Positions 39,701-48,139 of a DNA stretch of 64,000 nt are shown piece by piece (position 1 is the stretch's first letter; every line of letters begins with the position of its first letter). The DNA comes from a bacterium. GTDB taxonomy: Bacteria; Zhuqueibacterota; Zhuqueibacteria; Residuimicrobiales; Krinioviventaceae. The notes below the pieces were generated by a model. That model saw only the letters and a program-made list of their open reading frames with translations. It made no database searches and had not been told where the DNA came from. Position numbers and translations under genes: made by a program. The stretch covers positions 192,001 through 256,000 of the forward strand of contig OY843751.1 in assembly GCA_963693055.1 (NCBI GenBank), given 5' to 3'.

Positions 39701-40651
39701 GTCAGGTTTTATGTGAATGCCCCGTCATTGAGTTTTCTGGATACCCTGGTTGCTATACCGAAAGCGGGCAATAGTGATTTGAATTTCACCTTAACATCCG
39801 GAACCGATGGTTTTTTTGCAGATTTTGAATCTTGCCCTGGCTTGCTGCAAACGGATGGTTTGTGGCAATGGGGCGAGCCCGGCCCCGGTTTACAGTTCAG
39901 AGGCCCTGAAACTGCATTTTCCGGTTTGAATTGCTGGGGAACCGTGCTGGACGGAGACTATACCGCAAATGCTGATAATTCAATAACAACTCTGCCTGTG
40001 GATCTTTATGGTATGGCTGAACCTTTTCTCGAGTTTCGGCAATATTATCAAATGGATTATCTCAATAGTGGCTTTGATGGCGGCAATATCAAGATCTCTA
40101 TTGATGATGGTGAAACCTGGACGGTATTACAGCCACAAGCGGGTTATGATAGTGAAAGCTTGACAGCATTGCCTAACGAGCCTGCATTTAGCGGGGCTGT
40201 TTCTACATGGCAGCTTGCGACTTTTGACCTGACAGATTATATCGACAAAACCGTACTCTTCCGTATCCATTTTGTCAGCACGACCCAAACAGAAGACGCG
40301 GGTTGGTATATTGATGATTTTAAATTGTACGATAAATCAACTTCTGATATTGAAAACAACGTCTCCACACCTCTTGACTGGAATTTAAGCAACAACTATC
40401 CCAATCCGTTTAATGCAGGTACATCACTGGAATATACTGTGCCGAATAGTGTCATTGTAAATATTGCCGTGTATAATGTACTGGGTCAAAAAATCAGAAC
40501 GCTTGCGCACGGGTTGGCTCAGCCCGGTGTGCATCGGGTCCACTGGGATGGACGCACAGACGCTCTTGATGAAGCAGGTTCCGGTATGTATTTGATCAAA
40601 ATACAATCAGATGATTTCTCACGGGTTACCAAAGTTTTACTGCTGCGGTGA
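36794..40651 (+). CDS. C25 family (gingipain-like) cysteine protease with propeptide, carboxypeptidase-regulatory-like and jelly-roll domains, T9SS CTD
   Basis: GTGA overlap with the upstream stop. Propeptide PGFPQLP and YPLQYNP. LVTWKRQKG, TDLYY, DLFVGRFP. Catalytic YSGHG (His 38105) and SFGC (Cys 38219). YNILGDP. CTD NNYPNPFN. Confidence 0.9.
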   Translation: MRNVLFYIFLLVFIGKPGDVFARWVSHLKTGTEQTSFDFQKNGTVFNASMSGFEITDQRAQDVDWYKVAIPGTDLSKQPGFPQLPVMYRLLEVPFDGDVHIEIHPGSMELVDLEKSGFTRPIIPVASYNTTDASQPPVFDKGDVYQNNEFFPAEPVVVGGFARIRGKRYVRIDYYPLQYNPFTGQVRYYQDLSFEVQHGSAPVINKYPVSGFDSVLDAFVSSAESTFEKVQAPPVLLIITPESFVNAITPLVTWKRQKGFDVSIATLAETGSDTTSIRQYIQNAYNLWEHPPQYVLLAGGTEVIPAFDGGHTLNPYVTHTTDLYYGEMDGDGDVFTDLFVGRFPASSASELAIMVTKSLSYEQLNAPDQSWLEYATFIATQDENFYNFVQDGHRKSISRYFKPNNVSSDSIWTFDSPDKAPLNQAFERGTANVVYSGHGNIGSWSDLGTAVEPFNLVDVYYFNNIDRYPLVFSFGCNAGDYAQVECLGESWLKYENTGAALFLGSSDLSMWYQDYYLQDRLFNAIENGGFSTISESVMAARFDLFARGYAYYDIYQEIYNILGDPTLPVWIGQPAMLTVSAPDTLPANIDRVTVSVSSGSTSNALAAISAQGEFLGSAYTQQGVAEIAIDGDLALYDNVLLTVSQPGNETVIKSIYIDPDITITTNPQYLTANASQQIEFHVEQAGIGPVSDLELHVSGVGVSGTLNCITDENGNTSLGLLSLYGQDLIINGNRVGDDNLLYSGVLPVQSGSAFTEFAVTAGPAIALDNISFLPGVLTSVVVTAIPEADSFYVSGCGLDTVCANADFSVIPQSDGELTIIAAKAGYEIQSQSFAVDSEFAGISGKVTQGEGAVPNPLVELNALWTEYALSVAGDENGLFEILDLPFGKYIVQVSANGYGVQMDTVTINAEELVFDYDLELVDPVSVQGHVFDDSGAPLQDAVIILVDQNQKTFSGNDGVFQSSSVLPGKVRFYVNAPSLSFLDTLVAIPKAGNSDLNFTLTSGTDGFFADFESCPGLLQTDGLWQWGEPGPGLQFRGPETAFSGLNCWGTVLDGDYTANADNSITTLPVDLYGMAEPFLEFRQYYQMDYLNSGFDGGNIKISIDDGETWTVLQPQAGYDSESLTALPNEPAFSGAVSTWQLATFDLTDYIDKTVLFRIHFVSTTQTEDAGWYIDDFKLYDKSTSDIENNVSTPLDWNLSNNYPNPFNAGTSLEYTVPNSVIVNIAVYNVLGQKIRTLAHGLAQPGVHRVHWDGRTDALDEAGSGMYLIKIQSDDFSRVTKVLLLR

Positions 40652-40721
40652 GATTTTACCTGCTTTTTATTTGAATTTATTCTATATTAATATAAACGAT
40701 GACATAATCCCGGAGTATTGA

Positions 40722-43700
40722 GTGGCACGCAACAAGAACAGACGCGAAAAAGAGTCGATTCAAACAGAAAAAAGAACACAACTGGTTCCCTTATTTTGGA
40801 ATTATAAAATACAAATCCTCGTACTTTTTCTATTTCTATTTTCAGGCATCAGCGGGCTGGTTTACCAGGTTGTATGGATGCGCATGCTTAAACTGATTTT
40901 TGGAGTTACCGCATTTGCGGCAAGTACAGTTGTTTCCGCGTACATGGCAGGATTGTCGGTTGGCAGTTGGTATTTTGGTAAAAGGGCAGACCATTCCAGC
41001 TCTCCCTTGCGTTTATATGGGTATCTGGAAGTGGGCGTAGGGCTATACGCGCTTGCTTCTCTGTTTATCTTCAAACTGCTCGATCAGCTATATACCCTTA
41101 TCTATGTGGCTTTTTCTCCCAACTTTGCCGTCTTTTCGATTATCAGGTTTGTGGTTGCGTTTATTATAATCTTGATACCTACCGTGTTAATGGGTGGAAC
41201 GCTGCCCATTTTGATCAAATTCTTTGTGAACAAAAAAGGACACGTGGGTAGACTTGCCGGTTATTTGTATTCTTTTAATACGTTAGGCGCGGTGATTGGT
41301 GCGTTTGTGACCGGTTTCTTTTTGATTAAATTGTTTGGTGTACAAAATACTATTTTTATTGCAGCTGCTATTAATATACTGGCTGGCGCGGGTGCTATTC
41401 TGATTGGTCAGTTTATGCTCAAAAGTGCCAAACCGGTTCCCGAGAGTGAAATTGTTGAAGAACAGAAAATTACAGACAAGAGTGAAAAGCGGGTTTTTCG
41501 TCTGCTGCTGTGGGGTTTTGGCTTTTCCGGATTGGCCTCACTTGCTTATGAAATTTTGTGGACGCGTTCACTGCTTTACTTTCTTGGGCTTACAACCTAT
41601 ACTTTTACCACAATTCTAACAACATTCCTGGTAGGTATTGCACTGGGTAGTTTTTTTACCTCACGGTTTGTGGACAAGGTCAAAGACCATTTAAAATTGT
41701 TTGCAGTTATAGAGGTTTTGATTGGTTTGTCTGCGCTGGCGGTGATTCCGTTGATTGGTAACATGTATGATATTAGCAACAACCTGCGAATGAGTCTGGG
41801 CTACAATGACTGGTGGTCTAATGTGGGTGTTAAATTTTTATTGTCTTTCCTGGTTATGCTTGTCCCTACATTGTTAATGGGTGCTACCTTTCCTATAGTT
41901 GTCAAGAGTTATAACAAAAGCATAAAGGGTATTGGTGAAAATGTAGGTAAAATTTATGCCGCTAATACAATCGGTTCTATTGCGGGATCGTTCGCTGCGG
42001 GATTTATATTGATACCTTTTGCCGGACTCCGGTTAAGTATTGCAATTGTGGTCATGATCAACCTGCTTGTGGGTTTGACCGTTTTTCTTAATCATCCGGA
42101 TATTAAACGTAACAGTCGTTATGTCTGGTCTGCTATTGCTATACTGGCTATGGTGCTGGTTGCTTTTAATGCCAAAAGAGATCCCATCGTTCTCTCTAGT
42201 GTAGAGTTTGAAGGTTCAATGAAGCGTTATGATCTTTTGCACTATAAAGAGGGTATTGATGCTTCAATAGCAGTACTTGAGGACCGTATAACCGGTGAAC
42301 GGGAATTGAATATCAATGGAGAATCTACTGCTTTTACTATATATCAGGATATGCAGGTTCACAAACTGCTGGGCCATTTGCCGCTGCTGATTCATCCCGA
42401 TCCTCAGGATGTTTTGGTTGTGGGTTTTGGGTTTGGAAGTACTTCATGGGCGTCTGTATTGTATCCTGATGTTCAGGTGGACTGTGTGGAACTGGTTAAA
42501 GATGAGATTGATACCGCACCCTTTTTTGAAAAGCAGAACCATAATGTTATTGATCATCCCAATTACAATCTGATTATTGCAGATGGGCGGGAATATATAA
42601 AGGGTACGAACAAAAAATATGATGTGATTTCTTTTAACGCTATTCATCCTAAAATCAGTCCCAATCTGTATACACTTGAATTTTATGAGATGTGTAAAGA
42701 AATTTTGACAGATGATGGCATTATTATCGCCTGGCTGCCACCCAATGCTATTACCGAACTGGAATACCAGTCTTTGATTAATACCTTTTGCCATGTATAT
42801 CCCCATAGCTCCCTGTGGTATGTAAACCCCTCTCACATGTTGTTAATGGCTACCATGCAGCCCTTTGAAATTGATTACGAAAGGTTGCTGGCGCGGTTAT
42901 CTATACCGGAAGTCAATAAAGATCTGCGTGAAGTCAATATGGAAGATCCGTACGAATTGTTGAGTTGTTTTTTAATTGCTGATGAAAACTTGTACGAGTA
43001 TGGTGAACCTGCGCCCATCAATTCAGATGATTTGCCGTTCATCGAGTTTTCACGGGAAATGAGTGTGTCTGTAAATACAGAAGTGATGACAAGTTTAGGA
43101 TACCTTAAAGGCTCCGCTTGGCCGTATTTATACAATGTGGCTAATCCGGATACCGTGCAGGAAAACCTGAAACGTATGGATGAAACCAAATCGCTGGTTT
43201 CAAAAGGACAGGTGATGGCCTGGATGGGTGAGTATGACAAAGCGCACGAGTTTTACAATCAGGCGCTTGAAAAAAGTCCCGGAAACCGGAACACCTTATA
43301 TCTGGATGGGCTGATTGATCGCCGCAAAAGCGAGCTGGAAAAAATGGTCCAGTTGAATCCGCGTAATGCACGAGCGCACCAGGCACTGGGTGAGATTTAT
43401 ATGGATGAGCGGAATGTACAAGCGGCATTTCAGATGTTTAACAAGGCAGTACAGCTTGATCCGCAATACGCTCAGCCGCACCATCATTTGGGTGTGATCT
43501 ATTATATGCAAAATCGCCCGGATATTGCCTTGCGGGAATTGGAACAGGCCCAGCAGCTTGACCCTGGTTATGGTGCTTCATATTTTTATGCCGGAATGTG
43601 TTACTGGAAAATGGGCAAACTTGATCCGGCATTTCGAAATTTCAAAAAAGCAACAGAAGTAGATTTTGACTTTGTACCCGCACATTTTTATCTGGCCCAG

Positions 43701-43817
43701 GCTTATGAAATGAAGGGGATGATTAAAGAAGCTGTTACTGAACTGGACCGTGCATTGTTACTGGATCCCGATTATGAACCTGCCAGGAAAAAACGAGACC
43801 AGTTGAGCGGTCGTTAA
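40722..43817 (+). CDS. Fused multi-TM (MFS-like)/spermidine-synthase-like SAM-fold protein with C-terminal TPRs
   Basis: Duplicated membrane repeats LFSGISGLVYQVVW and GFSGLASLAYEILW, PTVLMGGTLP and PTLLMGATFP, LYSFNTLG and IYAANTIG. Soluble domain VLVVGFGFG, VELV, DGREYI, LYTLEFY. Several TPRs. Confidence 0.88.
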   Translation: MARNKNRREKESIQTEKRTQLVPLFWNYKIQILVLFLFLFSGISGLVYQVVWMRMLKLIFGVTAFAASTVVSAYMAGLSVGSWYFGKRADHSSSPLRLYGYLEVGVGLYALASLFIFKLLDQLYTLIYVAFSPNFAVFSIIRFVVAFIIILIPTVLMGGTLPILIKFFVNKKGHVGRLAGYLYSFNTLGAVIGAFVTGFFLIKLFGVQNTIFIAAAINILAGAGAILIGQFMLKSAKPVPESEIVEEQKITDKSEKRVFRLLLWGFGFSGLASLAYEILWTRSLLYFLGLTTYTFTTILTTFLVGIALGSFFTSRFVDKVKDHLKLFAVIEVLIGLSALAVIPLIGNMYDISNNLRMSLGYNDWWSNVGVKFLLSFLVMLVPTLLMGATFPIVVKSYNKSIKGIGENVGKIYAANTIGSIAGSFAAGFILIPFAGLRLSIAIVVMINLLVGLTVFLNHPDIKRNSRYVWSAIAILAMVLVAFNAKRDPIVLSSVEFEGSMKRYDLLHYKEGIDASIAVLEDRITGERELNINGESTAFTIYQDMQVHKLLGHLPLLIHPDPQDVLVVGFGFGSTSWASVLYPDVQVDCVELVKDEIDTAPFFEKQNHNVIDHPNYNLIIADGREYIKGTNKKYDVISFNAIHPKISPNLYTLEFYEMCKEILTDDGIIIAWLPPNAITELEYQSLINTFCHVYPHSSLWYVNPSHMLLMATMQPFEIDYERLLARLSIPEVNKDLREVNMEDPYELLSCFLIADENLYEYGEPAPINSDDLPFIEFSREMSVSVNTEVMTSLGYLKGSAWPYLYNVANPDTVQENLKRMDETKSLVSKGQVMAWMGEYDKAHEFYNQALEKSPGNRNTLYLDGLIDRRKSELEKMVQLNPRNARAHQALGEIYMDERNVQAAFQMFNKAVQLDPQYAQPHHHLGVIYYMQNRPDIALRELEQAQQLDPGYGASYFYAGMCYWKMGKLDPAFRNFKKATEVDFDFVPAHFYLAQAYEMKGMIKEAVTELDRALLLDPDYEPARKKRDQLSGR

Positions 43818-43873
43818 TGGATGGAACCCTGATGGAATATTTGCGTATTTATTTATAAACATGCAGGTGTTAT

Positions 43874-46105
43874 TTGAAAAAATATATAATTCTAGTATTG
43901 ATATTATGTACCCAGTTATGGGCGGGAATTGAAAAACTTGGACCCCAATTGGGTTTACTGACACTTTATCCACAGCGGGCTGAAGGTTTGCAGGAGCAGG
44001 GTTTGAAAAAGACCGCGTCAGGCTGGCAGGTTGAAGCCATTGTAGCGTTTGATGGCAATGTTGCGGAACTGGCCAAACTGGGCCATGTTCGCTGTGTTCA
44101 TCAACAGTGGGCTATACTCGAACTATCTGTGGACCGGTTGAATGATCTGGCATCGCTGGACAATGTTCAGTATGTGCAAATGTCTGTTGCAGACAAGCCC
44201 TTGCTGGATAAAAGCACTGCATACATTGGTGCGGTAAACGCACGTGAGCAGTTGGGTTATACCGGTAAAGGTGTTTTGATTGGTATTATTGATTCCGGTA
44301 TTGACTGGACACATCAGGATTTTATTGACGCAGAGCAGAATACCCGTATCAAATATCTATTGGATTTCAGCAAAAATGGCCCTGTATATGGAGGTACATT
44401 CTATACCGAAGATGATATCAATAATGCGCTAAAAGGGGCGGGCACAGTTGCGCAGCGGGATTATTCAGGCCATGGAACGCATGTGGCGGGTATCGCTGCC
44501 GGTGATGGAAGCGATGGTGTGGGATTTGGTAAATATTGTGGTGTAGCGCCAGAGGCCGATCTGGTCATTGTTAAAGCTACCCGTGATCAATTGAGCAGCG
44601 AGTTTTTAACTGCCGATCAAATAGTGGCCCTGCATTTTATTGACAGTCTGGCAACCTATTTGGATATGCCTTATGTTGTGAATATGAGCTTGGGTGGTCA
44701 TTGGGGTGCTCATAATGGAACTTCCAGCGTTGAGCGTGTAATAGATGGTTTGGTTGGTCCGGGCAAGCCAGGCAAAGCGGTTGTAAATGTTGCCGGTAAT
44801 GATAGGGATATGAACATTCACGGACAAGCTGTATTTAGCGCTGGTACTACCAGTAAAGAAATTACATTTAATATCTCTCCATACTCGGCAAATCTGGGTA
44901 ATGCCAATGATTTTGTGGGTCTGGATATTTGGTATGATGGTGATCAGGATGTGTCAGTAACGGTTGTTACACCAGGGGGAAGAGCAATTGGTCCAATTCG
45001 TAAAGGCGATGTTATGGAAGACCAGACGGATGACGGCACTGTATATGTTTGGAATGGTTTCTATGAACAGCAAGGTGGTTATGTGATGGGTGCTTCGCCT
45101 ATTATTGGCAGTTACGAGATCTATGTAGAAGTAAGCGACGAGAACATGACCCAGCCTCCTGCCGAGGGTGAATGGAAACTCCGTTTCAGCGGAACAGAGG
45201 GCACATTAGATGCCTGGATTGCAAATGCAACCATGTCTGTCGAATTTTTAACAGGAGCGGTAGATGATGGCAAAATATCTGTACCCGGTACTTCTAAAAA
45301 TGCAATAACCGTTGGCGCCTATGTGAGTAAGAAAAACTGGACAGATCTGGATGGGAATTATTTAACATTTGATACCACTGGCCTGGTTAAGCTTGAGGAT
45401 ATTGCCTACTTTTCCAGTCCGGGGCCAACCCGCGATGGTCGTGTTAAACCCGATTTAACAGCTCCGGGGCACATTATTGAGAGCAGTTATTCAATAGATG
45501 CGCCGCCCACCAACTATTCCAGTATTTTTTATGGATCAGATGTTGAACTGCCTAATGCATTAGTGTCGGAATCGGGTGTACAGGCTCTTTCCAGTGGTAC
45601 CAGCATGGCTGCTCCGCATGTTACCGGTGCGGTTGCGCTAATTTTCGAGAAATATAAAGATTCTACCAATGTATCTGCAACAGCAACTGTAATTAGAGAT
45701 CTTTTAACCAATTCAGCAACCGGCAGTAATTTAACCGGTAGTCTGCCCAATGCTGACTGGGGTTTTGGCAAACTCAATATTTTTACAGCACTGCAAGGTT
45801 CGTTGGGAGAGGAAGAGGATTATGATTATGTTTTAGAAACGTATCCGAATCCTTTTAAAGAAAGCGTGAATATATTATTCGAGCTTCCTGTTAAAACCAA
45901 TACCCAGCACGTAGAAATGGCGATATATAATATTCTGGGTCAACGGGTGCGAAATATTCTAGAGGCACCCAGAACCGCTGGTCCGCACCAATATGTTTGG
46001 GATGGACGAGACGATCTGGGTTATCGGCTTGCTAGTGGTGTCTATTTTCTTAAATTTAAATCCGGTGATTTTGAGAAATATCATAAAATGTTATTATTAA
46101 ATTAA
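43874..46105 (+). CDS. S8 family serine protease (CspA/B-like, jelly-roll insertion in the catalytic domain) with T9SS CTD
   Basis: GIIDSGID, GHGTHVAGIAAG, VAGND, FSSPGPTRDGRVKPDLTAPG, SGTSMAAPHVTG, WGFGKL. CTD TYPNPF. Confidence 0.92.
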   Translation: MKKYIILVLILCTQLWAGIEKLGPQLGLLTLYPQRAEGLQEQGLKKTASGWQVEAIVAFDGNVAELAKLGHVRCVHQQWAILELSVDRLNDLASLDNVQYVQMSVADKPLLDKSTAYIGAVNAREQLGYTGKGVLIGIIDSGIDWTHQDFIDAEQNTRIKYLLDFSKNGPVYGGTFYTEDDINNALKGAGTVAQRDYSGHGTHVAGIAAGDGSDGVGFGKYCGVAPEADLVIVKATRDQLSSEFLTADQIVALHFIDSLATYLDMPYVVNMSLGGHWGAHNGTSSVERVIDGLVGPGKPGKAVVNVAGNDRDMNIHGQAVFSAGTTSKEITFNISPYSANLGNANDFVGLDIWYDGDQDVSVTVVTPGGRAIGPIRKGDVMEDQTDDGTVYVWNGFYEQQGGYVMGASPIIGSYEIYVEVSDENMTQPPAEGEWKLRFSGTEGTLDAWIANATMSVEFLTGAVDDGKISVPGTSKNAITVGAYVSKKNWTDLDGNYLTFDTTGLVKLEDIAYFSSPGPTRDGRVKPDLTAPGHIIESSYSIDAPPTNYSSIFYGSDVELPNALVSESGVQALSSGTSMAAPHVTGAVALIFEKYKDSTNVSATATVIRDLLTNSATGSNLTGSLPNADWGFGKLNIFTALQGSLGEEEDYDYVLETYPNPFKESVNILFELPVKTNTQHVEMAIYNILGQRVRNILEAPRTAGPHQYVWDGRDDLGYRLASGVYFLKFKSGDFEKYHKMLLLN

Positions 46106-46137
46106 TATTTGGGGAAATCAATAAAAAGGAGAGCGTT

Positions 46138-46581
46138 ATGGGAACTTTGTTTGAAGATATTCGTGATGGTATTCGTGACGGTATTGAACTTGTTGTGGAC
46201 AAAACAGAAGAATATGGCAAGATTGGCAAACTGCAACTAGATATTCTAACAATTAAACGTAATATAGAAAAATTATTTTCAGAGCTTGGCGGTCATACTT
46301 ATGAATTGCTGAGCAGCGATGAGAATGCAAACCTGGCTGAAGATGCTGAAGAAAAACGGCTTGTTGCAGAATTAAAAGAGCTTGAACAAAAACTGGATGA
46401 TAAAAAGAATGAGATAAAAACGGTCAAAGAAGAAAAAGAAAAAGAGAGAAAAGACCGTGGAGAAAATCGTAAAAAAGATGCTGAAACGGAAAAAGTCTCT
46501 GTTGAAGATGATAATCTGAGTTCAGGAATCGGCAATGATGACATTGAAGACGCAAATATTGTAGAAGACGATAATAAATAA
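46138..46581 (+). CDS. Hypothetical coiled-coil protein with acidic tail
   Basis: SD AAAGGAG, clean ORF, helical N-terminus (KTEEYGKIGKLQLDI...ELGG), followed by a terminator. Confidence 0.75.
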   Translation: MGTLFEDIRDGIRDGIELVVDKTEEYGKIGKLQLDILTIKRNIEKLFSELGGHTYELLSSDENANLAEDAEEKRLVAELKELEQKLDDKKNEIKTVKEEKEKERKDRGENRKKDAETEKVSVEDDNLSSGIGNDDIEDANIVEDDNK

Positions 46582-46591
46582 ACTAGAACCT

Positions 46592-46617
46592 GGCCGTAGC
46601 AATACGGCCTTTTTTTT
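46592..46617 (+). terminator. Intrinsic terminator
   Basis: GGCCGTA-GCAA (GNRA loop)-TACGGCC followed by T8. Confidence 0.9.
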
Positions 46618-46632
46618 CGTTTTGGGGGTTAC

Positions 46633-48045
46633 ATGAAAATTACCGAACCGGCAAGGGAAGCCTTTCTATATCGTATCTGGCAGAAGAAAGATATTGAATC
46701 ACAAACAATACATACAATTAACGGTCAGGAAATTATAATACGGGAAAAGGGTGTCCGTAATTTTGATTCCGGGCCTGATTTTTTAAATGCATTAATAGAA
46801 TATCAAGGTGAAATAAAGCGGGGAGATGTGGAAATTCATCCCATAGCGGGAGACTGGTATGCGCATGGACATCATCGGGATCCGCGTTATGATCAGGTTA
46901 TTTTACATATAGTTACCATGGATTGCCCTGCAGATTTTAGAACCAAAAGTTTAAATGGAACGCATATACCTACCATAAATCTGGACTCATTGCTGGAAAC
47001 AAAAGCAGAAGACCTTGAGAAACAGCACAATTTTGATCAGGATAGTATTTCAGGGGAATGTGCACTGTCTTTATGCAGCAGTTTGCAAATTCAAAGTGTT
47101 TTAGAAAAGGCAGGCATTGCCCGATTTTTAGTTCATGCTCAACAATTTTCAGAACAAAGCATGTCAAACAGTTGGGACCAGATTTGCTATCGGTCGTTAC
47201 TTGAAGCACTGGGGTATGCTAAAAATCAGGTGGCTTTCAGGAATCTTGCAGACCATTTGCATGTTGAAATACTGTGGAAACATATTTGGCAAGATGTTCC
47301 CTCATTGGCGGTTTTGAAATGTGAGGCGTATTTAATGGGAACCGCAGGTCTGTTGCCCTCGCAATCGGTAGTGCCGGTCAATATATTTGACGCGGAAATA
47401 TTGGAATATACCAGAAAGCTTGAAACAACTTGGCAGGAATTTCCGTATCGTAAAAAGCTGTTTGTTTTAAAAGCAGAGATGTGGAAGTTTTTTAGATTAC
47501 GACCACAGAATTTTCCTACAAGAAGAATTGGTGCCGCCGCCCGGCTTGTTGTCCGGTTTCTTGAGGATGGTTTTGTTGACTCTTTTTTCAAAGTGTTGCA
47601 AAGGAATGAAAATCAATTGAAAGCGGTATATAAAGAACTTGAAGAACTCTTTGATGTTAAAGAACAAGGATTCTGGGCTGAACATTATCTGTTTGAGCCA
47701 GTTAAAAAGTCAAATGCCCATGCATTGCTGGGTAAAGACAGAATCCGTGATATTTTGGTAAATGTCATTTTCCCTGTTATGTATGCATATGCTAAAGAAG
47801 TAGATGATCATAAATCTCAAAATTTAATTTTAGAATTGTATAAAAATTACCCATGTCTTGCTGAAAACCATTTAATTCGTAACGTTAAAAAGCGTGTGTT
47901 AAAAATGCAAACCCAGCACAAATTGGTCAACAATGCATGTGTTCAACAGGGAATTATTCATCTGGGAAAGATATTTTGTGAACCACAAGCGTGCAGACAA
48001 TGCCTGGATGGAGGCGTCTCTTACCAACAATCGGCTGGAAATTGA
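46633..48045 (+). CDS. DUF2851 family protein
   Basis: NFDSGPDFLNA, GDVEIH, WYAHGHHRDPRYDQVILHIV, LGYAKN, WKFFRLRPQNFPTRRI and C-terminal Cys cluster. Confidence 0.85.
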   Translation: MKITEPAREAFLYRIWQKKDIESQTIHTINGQEIIIREKGVRNFDSGPDFLNALIEYQGEIKRGDVEIHPIAGDWYAHGHHRDPRYDQVILHIVTMDCPADFRTKSLNGTHIPTINLDSLLETKAEDLEKQHNFDQDSISGECALSLCSSLQIQSVLEKAGIARFLVHAQQFSEQSMSNSWDQICYRSLLEALGYAKNQVAFRNLADHLHVEILWKHIWQDVPSLAVLKCEAYLMGTAGLLPSQSVVPVNIFDAEILEYTRKLETTWQEFPYRKKLFVLKAEMWKFFRLRPQNFPTRRIGAAARLVVRFLEDGFVDSFFKVLQRNENQLKAVYKELEELFDVKEQGFWAEHYLFEPVKKSNAHALLGKDRIRDILVNVIFPVMYAYAKEVDDHKSQNLILELYKNYPCLAENHLIRNVKKRVLKMQTQHKLVNNACVQQGIIHLGKIFCEPQACRQCLDGGVSYQQSAGN

Positions 48046-48059
48046 ATGTATGCTTTTTG

Positions 48060-48088
48060 TTGACTTTTTGAACATTTTTTTGTAAAAT
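48060..48088 (+). promoter_or_regulatory. Putative sigma70 promoter of the rsmI-...-S41 protease gene run
   Basis: TTGACT (48060-48065), 17 nt spacer, TAAAAT (48083-48088); SD GAGGAG at 48127-48132. Confidence 0.65.
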
Positions 48089-48139
48089 GATGGTTTGAAA
48101 ATACAAGAGTTATATGGTTTTTGTTAGAGGAGTAGATTT

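Noticed and set aside
40722-43817. Gene symbol speE
   Set aside because: Key aminopropyltransferase residues are absent and the architecture is a membrane/TPR fusion.
8850-46105. Recurring AACTATCCGAATCCNTTNAA-like sequences as DNA repeats or a CRISPR array
   Set aside because: They encode the NYPNPFN motif of the CTDs, vary at synonymous positions and lie kilobases apart.
46159-46182. 12-bp tandem repeat encoding IRDG-IRDG
   Set aside because: Two in-frame copies only, with no sign of phase variation.
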